Assembly: GCA_029856145.1 (NCBI GenBank)
Contig: JAHQWK010000031.1
Coordinates: 1-64,000 of the forward strand
Length of the DNA: 64,000 nucleotides
Direction: 5' to 3'
Source: Promethearchaeia archaeon
GTDB taxonomy: Archaea > Asgardarchaeota > Lokiarchaeia > Sigyniarchaeales > SOKP01
The position numbers were made by a program, and so were the translations under genes. The notes under the pieces were generated by a model. That model had not been told where the DNA came from. It saw only the letters and a list, made by a program, of their open reading frames with translations, and ran no database searches. Numbering within the stretch: position 1 is the stretch's first letter; the number at the start of each line of letters is the position of its first letter. Shown one piece after another: positions 48,136 to 59,230 of this stretch.

Positions 48136-48458
48136 TTATCTCAACACTATTTTTTTTAATGATCTTTGAAATCTAAAGTCATTCCCTATTTTAAAATGCT
48201 GTTCTTATTTATTAATTCAATCTAAATGATTATATGTTAGTGATAAACTTTTATTTTTATCTAGTTTAGTAAAAAGTACAATTTTTAATAATTTTTTAGA
48301 ATTTTTATAATTAAATTAAATACAAAGCATTACTTATGAATAAATATGATTATGAATAACCTTATCCCTATAAATAGTGTAATAGAAGAAATTATTCGGG
48401 CTAAGGATCTTTAATAACAAGGATTTATAATTAAAAGCAAGAATATTGACGAGTACAA

Positions 48459-49727
48459 ATGATGAGTAAGATCCTAAAAAGCTTTTGGATAATATTAGAT
48501 AATCTTCCAAGATTAAAAGAAAGCATTTATAAATTTTATGCATGGAGAATTTTTGAAATCGTTCCATGGTTTAAAAAAATTATCTATAAATTTTATGATA
48601 AATTTTGGTATTTAGAGCTTTCTATTGATAGTAAAAATCAAGATCTCTCAAAAAATTTGCCTAATGAATTTACTATTGATATAAAACGACTGAACTACTA
48701 TATAGACTATAAAATTTATTTAAAAAATAAAAATCTTAATATCGATAAAAACTGGGATAATTCGAGCAATTTAAATAAGATTGAAGAGTCAAACGAGTTT
48801 ATTCTTCTAAAGGAACATTTTTTAAATAAAAAAAAATGGAAAGAAATTGATTTATATCATATTTTGAATGATCAATTAACTCAATATAAGAAGATAATTG
48901 AAAACTCTGGCGGAAATCAATTTGTAGAGTTATTAAATTCTCTAGATAAATTATATCAAAATTTTAATTTAGAAAAAATTAAAACTAAAATTAAAGTAGG
49001 TATTGGAAGTAGAGGGGAATTTATTTTAATAGAAGGAATTTTTTATGTTTCTCTTCTACGAATTCTTGATGAAAATATTATTCCAATAGTAGTTATTGTT
49101 AGACATCCCCAATGGATAAAATTTTGTAATGAATTTTTAAAATTTCAAGCAATCCATGGGGAAGTATATCAACCTTTAATACACCCTGATTTGAATTTGA
49201 AGACAGCTTATTATTCTGATGAACGCTTCAAAACTATCAAAGATAGTGTAAAAATTAAAACGGGGAATGTATTAGATATTGGGGCAAATTTAGGTTTTTT
49301 TTGTCATAGCTTTGAAGATCTTGGATTTAATTGTTATGCTGTAGAGGTTAGATCTAGTAATGTTTATTTCATGAAAAAATTAAGAGATATTGAAGGTAAG
49401 AAATTTAAGATTATGAATAAATCAATTTTTGATTTGAAAATCGAAAAAGAATTTGAGATTGTTATTGCTTTAAATATTTTTCATCATTTTCTAAGAGAAA
49501 AAAAGTTATATACTGAGCTAATTGAATTCTTGAAAAAATTAAAAATGAAAACTATGTTTTTTCAACCTCATAATCCTGATGAAAAAATTATGCAAAATTC
49601 TTATGTTAATTACAACAACCGTGAATTTGTTGATTTTATTATTAGGTTTTCATGTTTAAATAAAGCTATACTTTTAAATGAAAAAGTTGACAGTAGAAAT
49701 AGACCTATCTATAAATTAATTAAATAA
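48459..49727 (+). CDS. class I methyltransferase with a degenerate ParB/Srx-like N-terminal region
   Basis: VLDIGANLGFF and LNIFHHF in the MTase part; upstream segment IKVGIGSRGEFILIEG...IPIVVIVRH. Confidence 0.8.
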   Translation: MMSKILKSFWIILDNLPRLKESIYKFYAWRIFEIVPWFKKIIYKFYDKFWYLELSIDSKNQDLSKNLPNEFTIDIKRLNYYIDYKIYLKNKNLNIDKNWDNSSNLNKIEESNEFILLKEHFLNKKKWKEIDLYHILNDQLTQYKKIIENSGGNQFVELLNSLDKLYQNFNLEKIKTKIKVGIGSRGEFILIEGIFYVSLLRILDENIIPIVVIVRHPQWIKFCNEFLKFQAIHGEVYQPLIHPDLNLKTAYYSDERFKTIKDSVKIKTGNVLDIGANLGFFCHSFEDLGFNCYAVEVRSSNVYFMKKLRDIEGKKFKIMNKSIFDLKIEKEFEIVIALNIFHHFLREKKLYTELIEFLKKLKMKTMFFQPHNPDEKIMQNSYVNYNNREFVDFIIRFSCLNKAILLNEKVDSRNRPIYKLIK

Positions 49728-49735
49728 AGATAAAA

Positions 49736-51070
49736 TTATATATTAAAAATATCTTTTAAGACTATCCCGTCCATTTCTGAAGGAATAGGTTCTCCAATTA
49801 AATAGAGAATTGTTGGTGTAATATCGTATGGGCTAATATCTTTAATTTTATTACATTTTTTTATTTTTGGACCTTTGCATATAAAAACCCCAAAATTGTC
49901 ATTATGGCCTCCAGAATGGCCTGGATTGAAATCTATTATCTTATCCAGAGTTAACTTTTTTCCATTTGATAATATAACTTTAAAATTTTTATTATTTCCG
50001 AAAAAATCGTTTATTCTCACCATTAACTTTTTGGAAGATGATTTAATAATAAAAAGAGGTTTTCCATCACAGGTAATATTCTCCATAGTTCTCTCAAAAT
50101 CTTTGATAGAGCGTGATGAATCAGGTCTCATCTTAAAAATCACACTTTGGGTCATATATATACCATATACATCATAGTAGAAGTTTAATTCTCTAAGTAG
50201 GTAAAGAACATTTATAGTTCTAAAATCATCTCGATATTTTTTATCTATTTTATCAAAACCATGATCTGAGCAAATAAATAGATAGTAATTATTCTTTTCA
50301 GCAAATTTTTTAACTTTTCCAATAAATTTATCAACAATTTCATAAGCATTGGGAAGAACTTCACTATAATTTGATTTTTCCCCTTTACTTCTCCAATATA
50401 TATGGCTAAGTGTGTCGAAAGAATAATCAAAAAATACAGTAAAATGAGATTTATATTTCCTAAGTAATTTGTAATATAAATTTGTATGAATAATTAATTC
50501 AATTTCTTTTAGAAGATACATTCTTTCCTCTAATCCTTTTCGAAAAGTCAAAATGATACCTCTTTTTATTATATGTAACAAATTTTTAAGAGGAAAGTTA
50601 AATTTAATAAGTTTCCAAAAGATTTGAATTAAGAATTTAAAGGAATATTTTTCGGATCTTGCTCTCTTGTCCAATTCACCTATAAATGATAAATTTTTGG
50701 GATAGGTTTCCTTTTCTAATAATAAAGGGTTTGGAATACAGAAATCATAAAACTTTTTTGCACTCCAGACACTTAAAGGTCTATATACACCCACTTTAAA
50801 ACCTTTTAAATGTAAAATATCCCAAATTTGATCAGAGCATAAATCTTCTTCTTTAGAATAAAAATCTTTAATCCCATGTTTCTCTACCTTCTTCCCAGTA
50901 AAAATAGAACAAAAAATTTTAGGAGAACTTAAAAAATCTTCAGCTCGTAATACACCTGAAGAACCATTATCAATTAATTCCTTGAGGTTTTTACATTTAT
51001 TATTTTCTATTAACTCCTCAATTAGATTCCAACTTAGCCCATCTAAAGCTAAAAAAATAACCTTTTCCAT
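49736..51070 (-). CDS. alkaline phosphatase superfamily / type I phosphodiesterase
   Basis: ALDG, SSPKIFCSIFTG..HG, DTLSH, SDHG, GGH and DITPTIL motifs. Confidence 0.88.
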   Translation of the reverse strand: MEKVIFLALDGLSWNLIEELIENNKCKNLKELIDNGSSGVLRAEDFLSSPKIFCSIFTGKKVEKHGIKDFYSKEEDLCSDQIWDILHLKGFKVGVYRPLSVWSAKKFYDFCIPNPLLLEKETYPKNLSFIGELDKRARSEKYSFKFLIQIFWKLIKFNFPLKNLLHIIKRGIILTFRKGLEERMYLLKEIELIIHTNLYYKLLRKYKSHFTVFFDYSFDTLSHIYWRSKGEKSNYSEVLPNAYEIVDKFIGKVKKFAEKNNYYLFICSDHGFDKIDKKYRDDFRTINVLYLLRELNFYYDVYGIYMTQSVIFKMRPDSSRSIKDFERTMENITCDGKPLFIIKSSSKKLMVRINDFFGNNKNFKVILSNGKKLTLDKIIDFNPGHSGGHNDNFGVFICKGPKIKKCNKIKDISPYDITPTILYLIGEPIPSEMDGIVLKDIFNI

Positions 51071-51349
51071 TAAATTCTGATATTCTTTTATTAGTCTTAA
51101 TATTAAATGTTATATCTTGTTTTCCATTTTTAAAATATAATTTTAAATCATTCCTTTTTGATAAAATTAATTCTTAAGATTAACAGAAGATAGAAAAATT
51201 TTTTCTGATCTAAATATAATTAAAATAATATTGAAAATAGTTAATTTAAATCAAATATTATTATATTTACATTTTCTTTTAATCAGAAAAATAATATCAG
51301 ATAAAAGAATTGTCTTTAAATAAGAAAAATAAACCAGTTCGAAATTAAA

Positions 51350-52861
51350 ATGAGAAATAAAGAAGAGGCTTTTAAGAGTTTTTTCATAATTTCAATCTCT
51401 TTAATCGTTGCATTTATTTCTAATTTTCTAATTGTTTTAATATTAACCCATAATTTTCCTCCAGGAGAATATGCGGTGTATCAATTTTCACTAACTTTCT
51501 TAACATTTTTTACAATTTTTTCAAATGTGGGCTTGAGTACAACAATAATACAGCAATTATCAGCGGAAAAAGATAAGGGATCCAATAAAATTGTTAAATT
51601 ATTCTCTGAGGGGTTAAAATGGATTATTTTGTTTACACTATTATTTTCATTAATTCTTTTTTTTTTATCCGATCTATTTGAAATATTTTATGAAATGCCG
51701 GGTTTAGGGCTCGTTCTTAAGTTTACATCCTTAATTCTATTTACTAATAACATAGTTAATTATTTTGAAAGTGTATTTCAAGGACTTTGGAATTTTAAAC
51801 TTTTTGCCATTTCATTTATCTTCTCTAAAGTGATAAAAGTAGTTATTGTTTGTTTTATACTAATCATAGATATGTCATTGTTTCAAATTATTGCGTTATT
51901 TTCCATTGCGTCATTAATTCAACTGACTGTAATTTTAGTTTTTTCTCAAATAAAATACAAGTATTTATCTTCTATTTTTACTTTTAAGCGGGAACTTACC
52001 AGAACTCTTTTAAAATTTTCAGTCTTCATTTTTTTATATGTATTTCTTCAAAATCTAATAACTAACTCAAATCAATTTATTTTAGCTGCTTTTGTTATTC
52101 CTGCTGAATTAGCTCATTATACAATCGTTCTTTGGATGATAGTTAGTTTCTCCATCCCAGCAATAATATTTTCAAGATTTATACTTCCTTATGTGTCTCA
52201 TTATATCCAAAAAAAGGGAGAAGAAAGAGGAAAAATTCAGACAATGTATAATTTAATTTTTAGATATGGTTTGCTTTTAACCATTCCAATATCTTTTTAT
52301 TTTCTATTTTTCTCAGATCCTTTGATTGCATTAATTTTTGACCCTAGTTATTATCCAGTATCTAATTATCTTAAATTGTATATATTTTTCTTAAATATAA
52401 ATATAATTGATGTAGCTGGGGGGCATTTCTTGTGGGCTTCTAATGAACCAAAGCTTGTTTATAAACTTTATGCTGTTACCTCTTTTTTCACAATCACTCT
52501 AAGTTTGATCTTGATTCCTCTGTTTTATACATTTGGAGCAATAATATCTATCATGATTCCACACTCAATATATACAATATATTCAACTATGTTAGCAAAA
52601 AAGAAAAATAAAATAGAATTTGACTCAAATATGTTTTCCACAATATTTAAATATATAATTTCAGCATTTTCTGTGATTTTATTCCTTTATCTAATCAATT
52701 TAGTTTTTCAATTTAATCTAAATAATATAATTATTTTAATATCTTTTTCAGGAATATATTTTGGTATGTTTTGCATTATAATCTTATTATTAAGGGCGGT
52801 TACTTTCACTGAAATTAAAGATTTCATTAATGTATTGAAAAATTCAATTTCTAAAAATTAA
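51350..52861 (+). CDS. oligosaccharide flippase (Wzx/MOP family)
   Basis: ~14 TM segments, GEYAVY...NVGLST pattern, located in the glycan cluster. Confidence 0.9.
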   Translation: MRNKEEAFKSFFIISISLIVAFISNFLIVLILTHNFPPGEYAVYQFSLTFLTFFTIFSNVGLSTTIIQQLSAEKDKGSNKIVKLFSEGLKWIILFTLLFSLILFFLSDLFEIFYEMPGLGLVLKFTSLILFTNNIVNYFESVFQGLWNFKLFAISFIFSKVIKVVIVCFILIIDMSLFQIIALFSIASLIQLTVILVFSQIKYKYLSSIFTFKRELTRTLLKFSVFIFLYVFLQNLITNSNQFILAAFVIPAELAHYTIVLWMIVSFSIPAIIFSRFILPYVSHYIQKKGEERGKIQTMYNLIFRYGLLLTIPISFYFLFFSDPLIALIFDPSYYPVSNYLKLYIFFLNINIIDVAGGHFLWASNEPKLVYKLYAVTSFFTITLSLILIPLFYTFGAIISIMIPHSIYTIYSTMLAKKKNKIEFDSNMFSTIFKYIISAFSVILFLYLINLVFQFNLNNIIILISFSGIYFGMFCIIILLLRAVTFTEIKDFINVLKNSISKN

Positions 52862-53029
52862 TTTCTATAAATAATTTTCAAATTTTCTCTTTTTTCAATT
52901 CTAATGCATATATTGAAACGAGAAAAATCAAAAAATATCGATTTCCTTTAAATATATTCTAAGATGTACAAATACATTTAAGAATAGAGTTTATTTTTTT
53001 AATAACGAATAAAAATTATTGGTCTTAAT

Positions 53030-54685
53030 GTGACTTTTATGGATAGACAAAGAATATTAAGAGAAGCTCAAAAAATTTCAAAACAATTTTCATTTTGGAT
53101 GGTTTCGGGCGATATATCACACTTATATGGATACGTTTATGAAACTCCTGAAAAAAAATATGAGTTAGAAATTAAATTCAATGAAGAATTTCCAAATACT
53201 CCGCCACAATTAATTTATCATAATGATATTAATGAATTATTAGGTACTTTTCAGCTCAATTTCTTAAATAATTGGACACCTAAATCCGATGTAGTTGATA
53301 TTGTTCATGAGCTTAAAGAGGCTATAGAAAAAGCTTTAGATATACCAAAAATGATTTCTGAAAAAATTATGATTCCCATTGAAGAAGAACATGATACTTC
53401 TGCTGAAAAAGAAGAATTTTTAACACCAGATCTAAATGCGTATCCACCAGATTTTGAATATAATGAATTTATTACCCCTTTAGATCCTACCAATGATATT
53501 TTTTATACATCAAAAGATCTCAAAACTTCAATAATTGAGAATTCAGTTGATGAATCTAAAACTCCTCTCCGACAAGATTTTGTTGATGAAGGAGCACCAA
53601 TTAGTGTTGAAATCAATACTGAATTGAGTTTAATTCAGCAAGAATATGCTTATGATCAATACAATACTAAAGAAGCTGAAATAAATGTTTATGTTACTAT
53701 AACTCTTACAAGTACATTTATAATTACAATAGATTTTACGAGGTTCCCAGAAAGACCAATTATTACATTCCCAAATGAATTAGGCAAAATTTTAGGGGAC
53801 CCTTACAAAACTTTGGACACTTTAAGACAATGGGATTCTAAAAAACCATCTCATATTATTGATATCCTGCATGAGTTAGAGAAAAAATTATTTTTCATTA
53901 AAGAAATTGAAGTTCAATTAAAAAAAATATCAGGAGAATATCAATGTGAAAAGATCCCTAATAGCTTGACTGCTCTAAAAGTTCATTTATTAACCTACGG
54001 TTTTAAAGAATATAATTTGAGTATTGATCTTGAGGCTTATCCTAAACCATCAACTATTGATTTATCATCAGAGTTGCAGGAAATCATTCATATCCCAATT
54101 ACAGAATTAAACACTTATAAAAATTGGAAAGAGAATGAGTCTGAACCAGTAGAAATTTTAAGAGAAATATCTTGGTTAGTTGATAAAAATTCAAGAATTA
54201 ATTTTGAAATTGATTTATTAAAAGATCATTACAAAAATATAAAATATGACCCATTAACAGCAACTTTACACATCGAAATGAAAGGTAAAATGAAAACTGA
54301 AGATCTTACTTTTGAATTTCAGATTAATTTGCCAATTGATTATCCAATGAAAATGCCTGAAGTGAGAGTAGTAAATGAATTTGAACTTGAAGCTCATGAA
54401 AAAATAAAGAATGATTTACATGCTTCCTTCAGTGACTTCTTTGGAGAATGGACGCCCTTTAGTTATCTTATTGATTTATTTAATTTAATTTCTAAAAAGA
54501 TTTTCGAAGTATCAGTAGTTTCATGTGTCATATGTCATAAAATTGAATGCCCTAGCTGTACAAAAAAAATAGCTGGTGAGGACAATTGTCATGCGGAATG
54601 CCCACATTGTAATCGAGCATATCATAAACACTGTTGGGAACAAACAATTAAATCATTTGGCAAATGTGGTTTCTGTTTAAGGTAA
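53030..54685 (+). CDS. multi-UBC/UEV-fold protein with a C-terminal RING finger (FANCL-like putative E3 ligase)
   Basis: Four (F/Y)P..P...W repeats without a catalytic Cys. C-terminal CVIC..CPSC..CPHC...HKHCW...FGKCGFC. Confidence 0.8.
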   Translation: MTFMDRQRILREAQKISKQFSFWMVSGDISHLYGYVYETPEKKYELEIKFNEEFPNTPPQLIYHNDINELLGTFQLNFLNNWTPKSDVVDIVHELKEAIEKALDIPKMISEKIMIPIEEEHDTSAEKEEFLTPDLNAYPPDFEYNEFITPLDPTNDIFYTSKDLKTSIIENSVDESKTPLRQDFVDEGAPISVEINTELSLIQQEYAYDQYNTKEAEINVYVTITLTSTFIITIDFTRFPERPIITFPNELGKILGDPYKTLDTLRQWDSKKPSHIIDILHELEKKLFFIKEIEVQLKKISGEYQCEKIPNSLTALKVHLLTYGFKEYNLSIDLEAYPKPSTIDLSSELQEIIHIPITELNTYKNWKENESEPVEILREISWLVDKNSRINFEIDLLKDHYKNIKYDPLTATLHIEMKGKMKTEDLTFEFQINLPIDYPMKMPEVRVVNEFELEAHEKIKNDLHASFSDFFGEWTPFSYLIDLFNLISKKIFEVSVVSCVICHKIECPSCTKKIAGEDNCHAECPHCNRAYHKHCWEQTIKSFGKCGFCLR

Positions 54686-54990
54686 AAGTGATTTTCATTT
54701 ATATTTAATTTATCATTAGTATTCAGAATTGAATCGGTTAATATACTTATTTTCAGTAGAATTAAATTTAATTGATTATTGTTCAACTTTTAAAAAATTT
54801 GAAAGAACTAAAAAATGATTTTGTTCACAGGAATTCTAACTTAGAATAATGCCCAATTCAAAGATAGAACCTTCTATTGAATGATATTATGTTATTCTTA
54901 AATTTAAAGTCCCCATATATAAGTTTTTAGATGAATTAATTAAATTTTTTAATTTGTACTTATTATTATAAACATTCACATTTTCACTAG

Positions 54991-57900
54991 ATGGTTTTCG
55001 TGGAAGAATTGGATAAAAAACTGAATTTAATAGATCTAGAAGAAAAAATCCTAAATTACTGGAAAGAACAAGATACATATTCTTTAATTAGGAAAAAAGA
55101 AGAAGGAAAGGAAATTTGGCGATTTATTGATGGACCTCCTTATACTACTGGAGCCATTCATCTTGGAACAGCATGGAATAAGATTTTAAAAGATTATTTA
55201 ATAAAATATAAACGGATGAATGGTTTTAAAGTTACAGATACACCCGGTTATGATACTCATGGATTACCAATCGAAGTTCAAATGGAAAAGGAATTAGGTA
55301 TTAAAAACAAGCAGGAGATTCAAGAATATGGTATAGATAAATTCATTAAGAGCTGTAAGGAATTCGCTTTAAAAAACTTAGCAATAATGAATGTTCAGTT
55401 TAAAAGATTAGGCTGTTATTTCTGGGATTGGGAAAATCCTTATATCACTTTTAGAAATAGTTATATTGAGGGAATATGGTGGACTTTGAAGAAAGCTTGG
55501 GAAAATGATTTACTTTATAAGTTTTATCGCCCTTTAAATTGTTGCCCTCGATGTGCAACAGCTTTAGCAAAACATGAGCATGAATATAAAAATATTAAGG
55601 ATACAAGTTTATTCTTAAAAATTAAATCAAAAGATATAGATGATACATATTTTATTATTTGGACTACTACACCTTGGACATTGGTAGCTAATTCAGCGAT
55701 AATGGTAAATCCTATTGCAGAGTATGCTAAAGTTTATATAGAAGATCTTAAAGAATATTGGATATTATCAAAAAATTCAATAACCCATTTAATTTCTGGG
55801 GAATTAGGTCATAAATATAAAATTATAGAAGATTACTTTGGAGAAGAATTAGAAGGAAAAAAATATATACATCCTTTATTGGATGAGGTTCCGTACCAAC
55901 GAGAACTCGCAAAAGAAAATGAAAAAGTCCATTCAATAATCCTTTCTGAAGAATATGTTTCAGCATTAGAGGGAGTTGGCTTAGTTCATATGGCACCCGG
56001 ACATGGACCTGAAGATTTTGAAGTCGGTGTAGCAAACAATATACCGATTTTCAATCCTGTAAGTATTAGAGGAATTTATAAAAAAGAGGCAGGACAATTC
56101 TAGGGAATGTATGTTTTTGATGCCAATAATAAGATTTTAGATTTACTAAAGAAGAAGGGAATGCTTATTTTAACTAATGAAATCGAACATGAGTATGCAC
56201 ACTGTTGGAGATGTGATTCAAGATTGATTTATAGAGCTACACATCAATGGTTCTTTAAAACAGAAAGTTTAATTCCAAAATTACTTGAAAAGAATGAAGA
56301 AATATATTGGATACCTGATTGGGCTGGAAGTAGATGGTTTAAAAGTTGGCTAACGACTCTAAAAGATTGGTGTATATCAAGACAACGCTTTTGGGGTATT
56401 CCTTTAAATGTTTGGATATGTGATAATGAAGAATGTGAAGATATTATAGTAATTGGATCTAGAAAAGAATTACAGGATATTGCTGGGGAATGTCCTGAGG
56501 ATTTACATAGACCTTGGATAGATCAAGTTACATGGAAATGTAAAAAATGTAATAAAGGTACCATGAAAAGAATTCCTGATATTCTAGATGTATGGTTAGA
56601 TTCTGGATCAGTTATGTGGGCCGCTCAAGAAATTTATGATGGTGAGAGTCATTATGATACTTGGGTGCCAGCAGATTTTATAATAGAGGGAAAAGATCAA
56701 ATCAGAGGATGGTTTAATAGTTTATTAAATAGTGCCATGGTATCCTCAGGTCGTAAGAATTACAACGCTTGTTATATGCATGGTTGGGTGTTAATGGAAA
56801 AAGCTAAAATGAGTAAATCAAAAGGCACGGCAATAAATCCTGAAGATCTTATAGAAGGTACAATTCCAGAACTACAGAAAAAAAAGTCTTTCTCTAATAT
56901 TAAAGGAGCTGAAACATTTCGATTTTATTGTATCGGTGTAACTCAACCTGGTCGAGATTTCAATTTTAATCTTAAAGAATATACGGATACATACAAAACT
57001 ATTAATACAATTTGGAATGTCTATGTGTATGCCAATGAAAAACTTAATTTAGCTGAATTCAATCCCTCAAAGAATAAATTAGATATAAAAATGATAAGTA
57101 GATTAGATAAGTGGATAATCTCAAGATTAAATTCTGCTATTAAGAAGATAACAGAATTGTCAGATGAATACAAGCTTCCATGGATTACAGGGGAACTAAG
57201 AGATTTAATTGTAAATGATATAAGCAGATGGTATATAATGTTAAATCGAGAAAAACTCGATATATATTCAGAAGATCCTAATAAATTATTAATAATGGCA
57301 GTTCTTTATCGCGTGTTGTATCAGGTTTTATTATTATTAGCACCCATTAATCCAATGATAAGCGAAGAAATTTTTCTCAAAATGTTTAAATCACACTTAA
57401 AATCAATTGGTTTTGAAGAAACAGAAAGCATTCATTTACAAGATTGGCCTGAATATGATGAGGAAATGATTCAATTAGAATTAGAAAAACAAATGCATTT
57501 TACACAGGAATTAATAGAAATTATTAGGGCAATAAAGGGTGAAAACAGAATAAGATTACGGTGGCCAAATAAAAAAATCATTATAGAGGCAAAAGAAGAT
57601 ATGCCGGAAATAGAATTTCCTGAGATTATTAAGAAAGTTGGAAATGTAAAAGAATTAGAAATAGTAAAATCAGTTAAACCGTCAGATCATTTTATTAAAG
57701 CTGAATCTAAATTCTGTAACGTTTACTTAGACACATCTATTGATGATGCCCTATTATCTGAACGAATAGTAAATGATTTGATAAGAAATATTCAATTTAT
57801 CCGCAAAAAACACGGATATAAGGTTGGAGAAAAAATAATCTTGAAGATAGGAACTGAAACTGAATATTTGAAAGATTTTCTTGATAGAAATCAAAGAATA

Positions 57901-58137
57901 ATTGTAGAAAAAATAAATGTTGAAAACCTTGAAATCCTCTCTGAAGATCTTTCTGAAGAGAAAAATACAATTTTTGGCTATTTAAATACATGCCCAAATA
58001 GAGATTGCTCTGCGGCTTTAAAAGATAATATAATTACGAAATTAAAGAAAACACCTGAAATCGAATGCCCACATTGTAAATCTAAAATAAACGCGAATAT
58101 AATTAAAACAATTAAATTTAATTTTAAGAGAAAATAA
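54991..58137 (+). CDS. ileS: isoleucine--tRNA ligase, interrupted by one in-frame TAG at 56101-56103
   Basis: DGPPY...HLGT, GYDTHGLP, WTTTPWT, HMAPGHG, DWCISRQRFWG, EGKDQIRGWF and KMSKS motifs. The two ORF-track halves are in the same frame (1048 codons). Confidence 0.93.
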
Positions 58138-58154
58138 TTTTCTTACTGAATAGA

Positions 58155-59198
58155 CTAAACTCCATATTTTTTATAATAATCTAACCAATACTCAAACATA
58201 TCTCTGAGAGTTTCTTCTATCGGAATCGAAACATCCCATCCTAATTCATTTTTAATTTTTGAATTATCCCCAAGAATAACATCTTCATCAGTCTTTCTTA
58301 ATTTATGGGAGACGTTTTCCTTTACTTCAATTTTTTTTAAAGAAAAACTTAGAGCAATATCTAAAATTTGGCGAATTTGAAGCTTTTTGCTAGAGCAAAT
58401 ATTATAAGTTTCTCCAGGTATTCCCATTGTTGCTGCTAACCAAATTGCTTTAAGTGAGTCTTTTATTTCAGTAAAATCCCTATAAGGCTCAAGATTTCCC
58501 ACTTCTATTACGGGTTCTGACAAACCTAATTCGATTTGTGCTACTTTTCTAATAAAATCTGAAGTTGCATCTCCTTTCCTTCTAGGACCTGTTTGATTAA
58601 AAAATCTAAGATTGATAACTTCAATTCCAAAATTAATAAAATATTGACGAGCAAGTAGTTCAGTTGCTACTTTACTAATTCCATAAGGATGAATCGCTAA
58701 TAGCGGATCAGATTCTTTTAATGGTCTATTGATTGATGTAGTCGTTCCATATTCCGCACTTGTGCAAGCAACTATAACTCTAGTTTTAATATTATGTTTT
58801 TTAATTGCTTCAAATACATTTATAGTTCCTATTACATTTGTTTCTATAGTATCCACCGGGTCTTCCCATGAAGGCATTACTAATGGTTGTGCTCCAAAAT
58901 GAAATAAAAATTTTGGTTTAGTTTCTGCTATTATTTTTTCTAATAATTGAGCATTTTTTATATCGCATTCAAATATTCTTAATTTTTTATTATTAGTTGG
59001 GATTTCAATGTTTTCGTTGAAAATTCTTGTCTTTTCATTTTCTGAGAAATTTAGTTTTTCATCTGTATAATGAGATAAATTTCTATACATTTGATTAGGT
59101 CTCTCTAAACCATATACCGTATAATTTTTTTCAATACAGAAATCAGTTAGATGAGACCCTATAAAACCGTTTGCTCCTGAAATGAGTATTCTTTCCAT
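58155..59198 (-). CDS. GDP-sugar SDR of the GMD/RMD family (probably reductase or epimerase)
   Basis: GANGFIG, HFGAQ, CTSAEYG, YGISK and VGNL...RDF motifs. Confidence 0.85.
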   Translation of the reverse strand: MERILISGANGFIGSHLTDFCIEKNYTVYGLERPNQMYRNLSHYTDEKLNFSENEKTRIFNENIEIPTNNKKLRIFECDIKNAQLLEKIIAETKPKFLFHFGAQPLVMPSWEDPVDTIETNVIGTINVFEAIKKHNIKTRVIVACTSAEYGTTTSINRPLKESDPLLAIHPYGISKVATELLARQYFINFGIEVINLRFFNQTGPRRKGDATSDFIRKVAQIELGLSEPVIEVGNLEPYRDFTEIKDSLKAIWLAATMGIPGETYNICSSKKLQIRQILDIALSFSLKKIEVKENVSHKLRKTDEDVILGDNSKIKNELGWDVSIPIEETLRDMFEYWLDYYKKYGV

Positions 59199-59230
59199 TT
59201 TAAAATCCTAATAATTTTTATTCAAACGTT

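Noticed and set aside
54991-58137. Genome-wide TAG reassignment, or a decayed ileS pseudogene
   Set aside because: TAG is an ordinary stop for several complete genes in the window, and ileS shows no other lesion.
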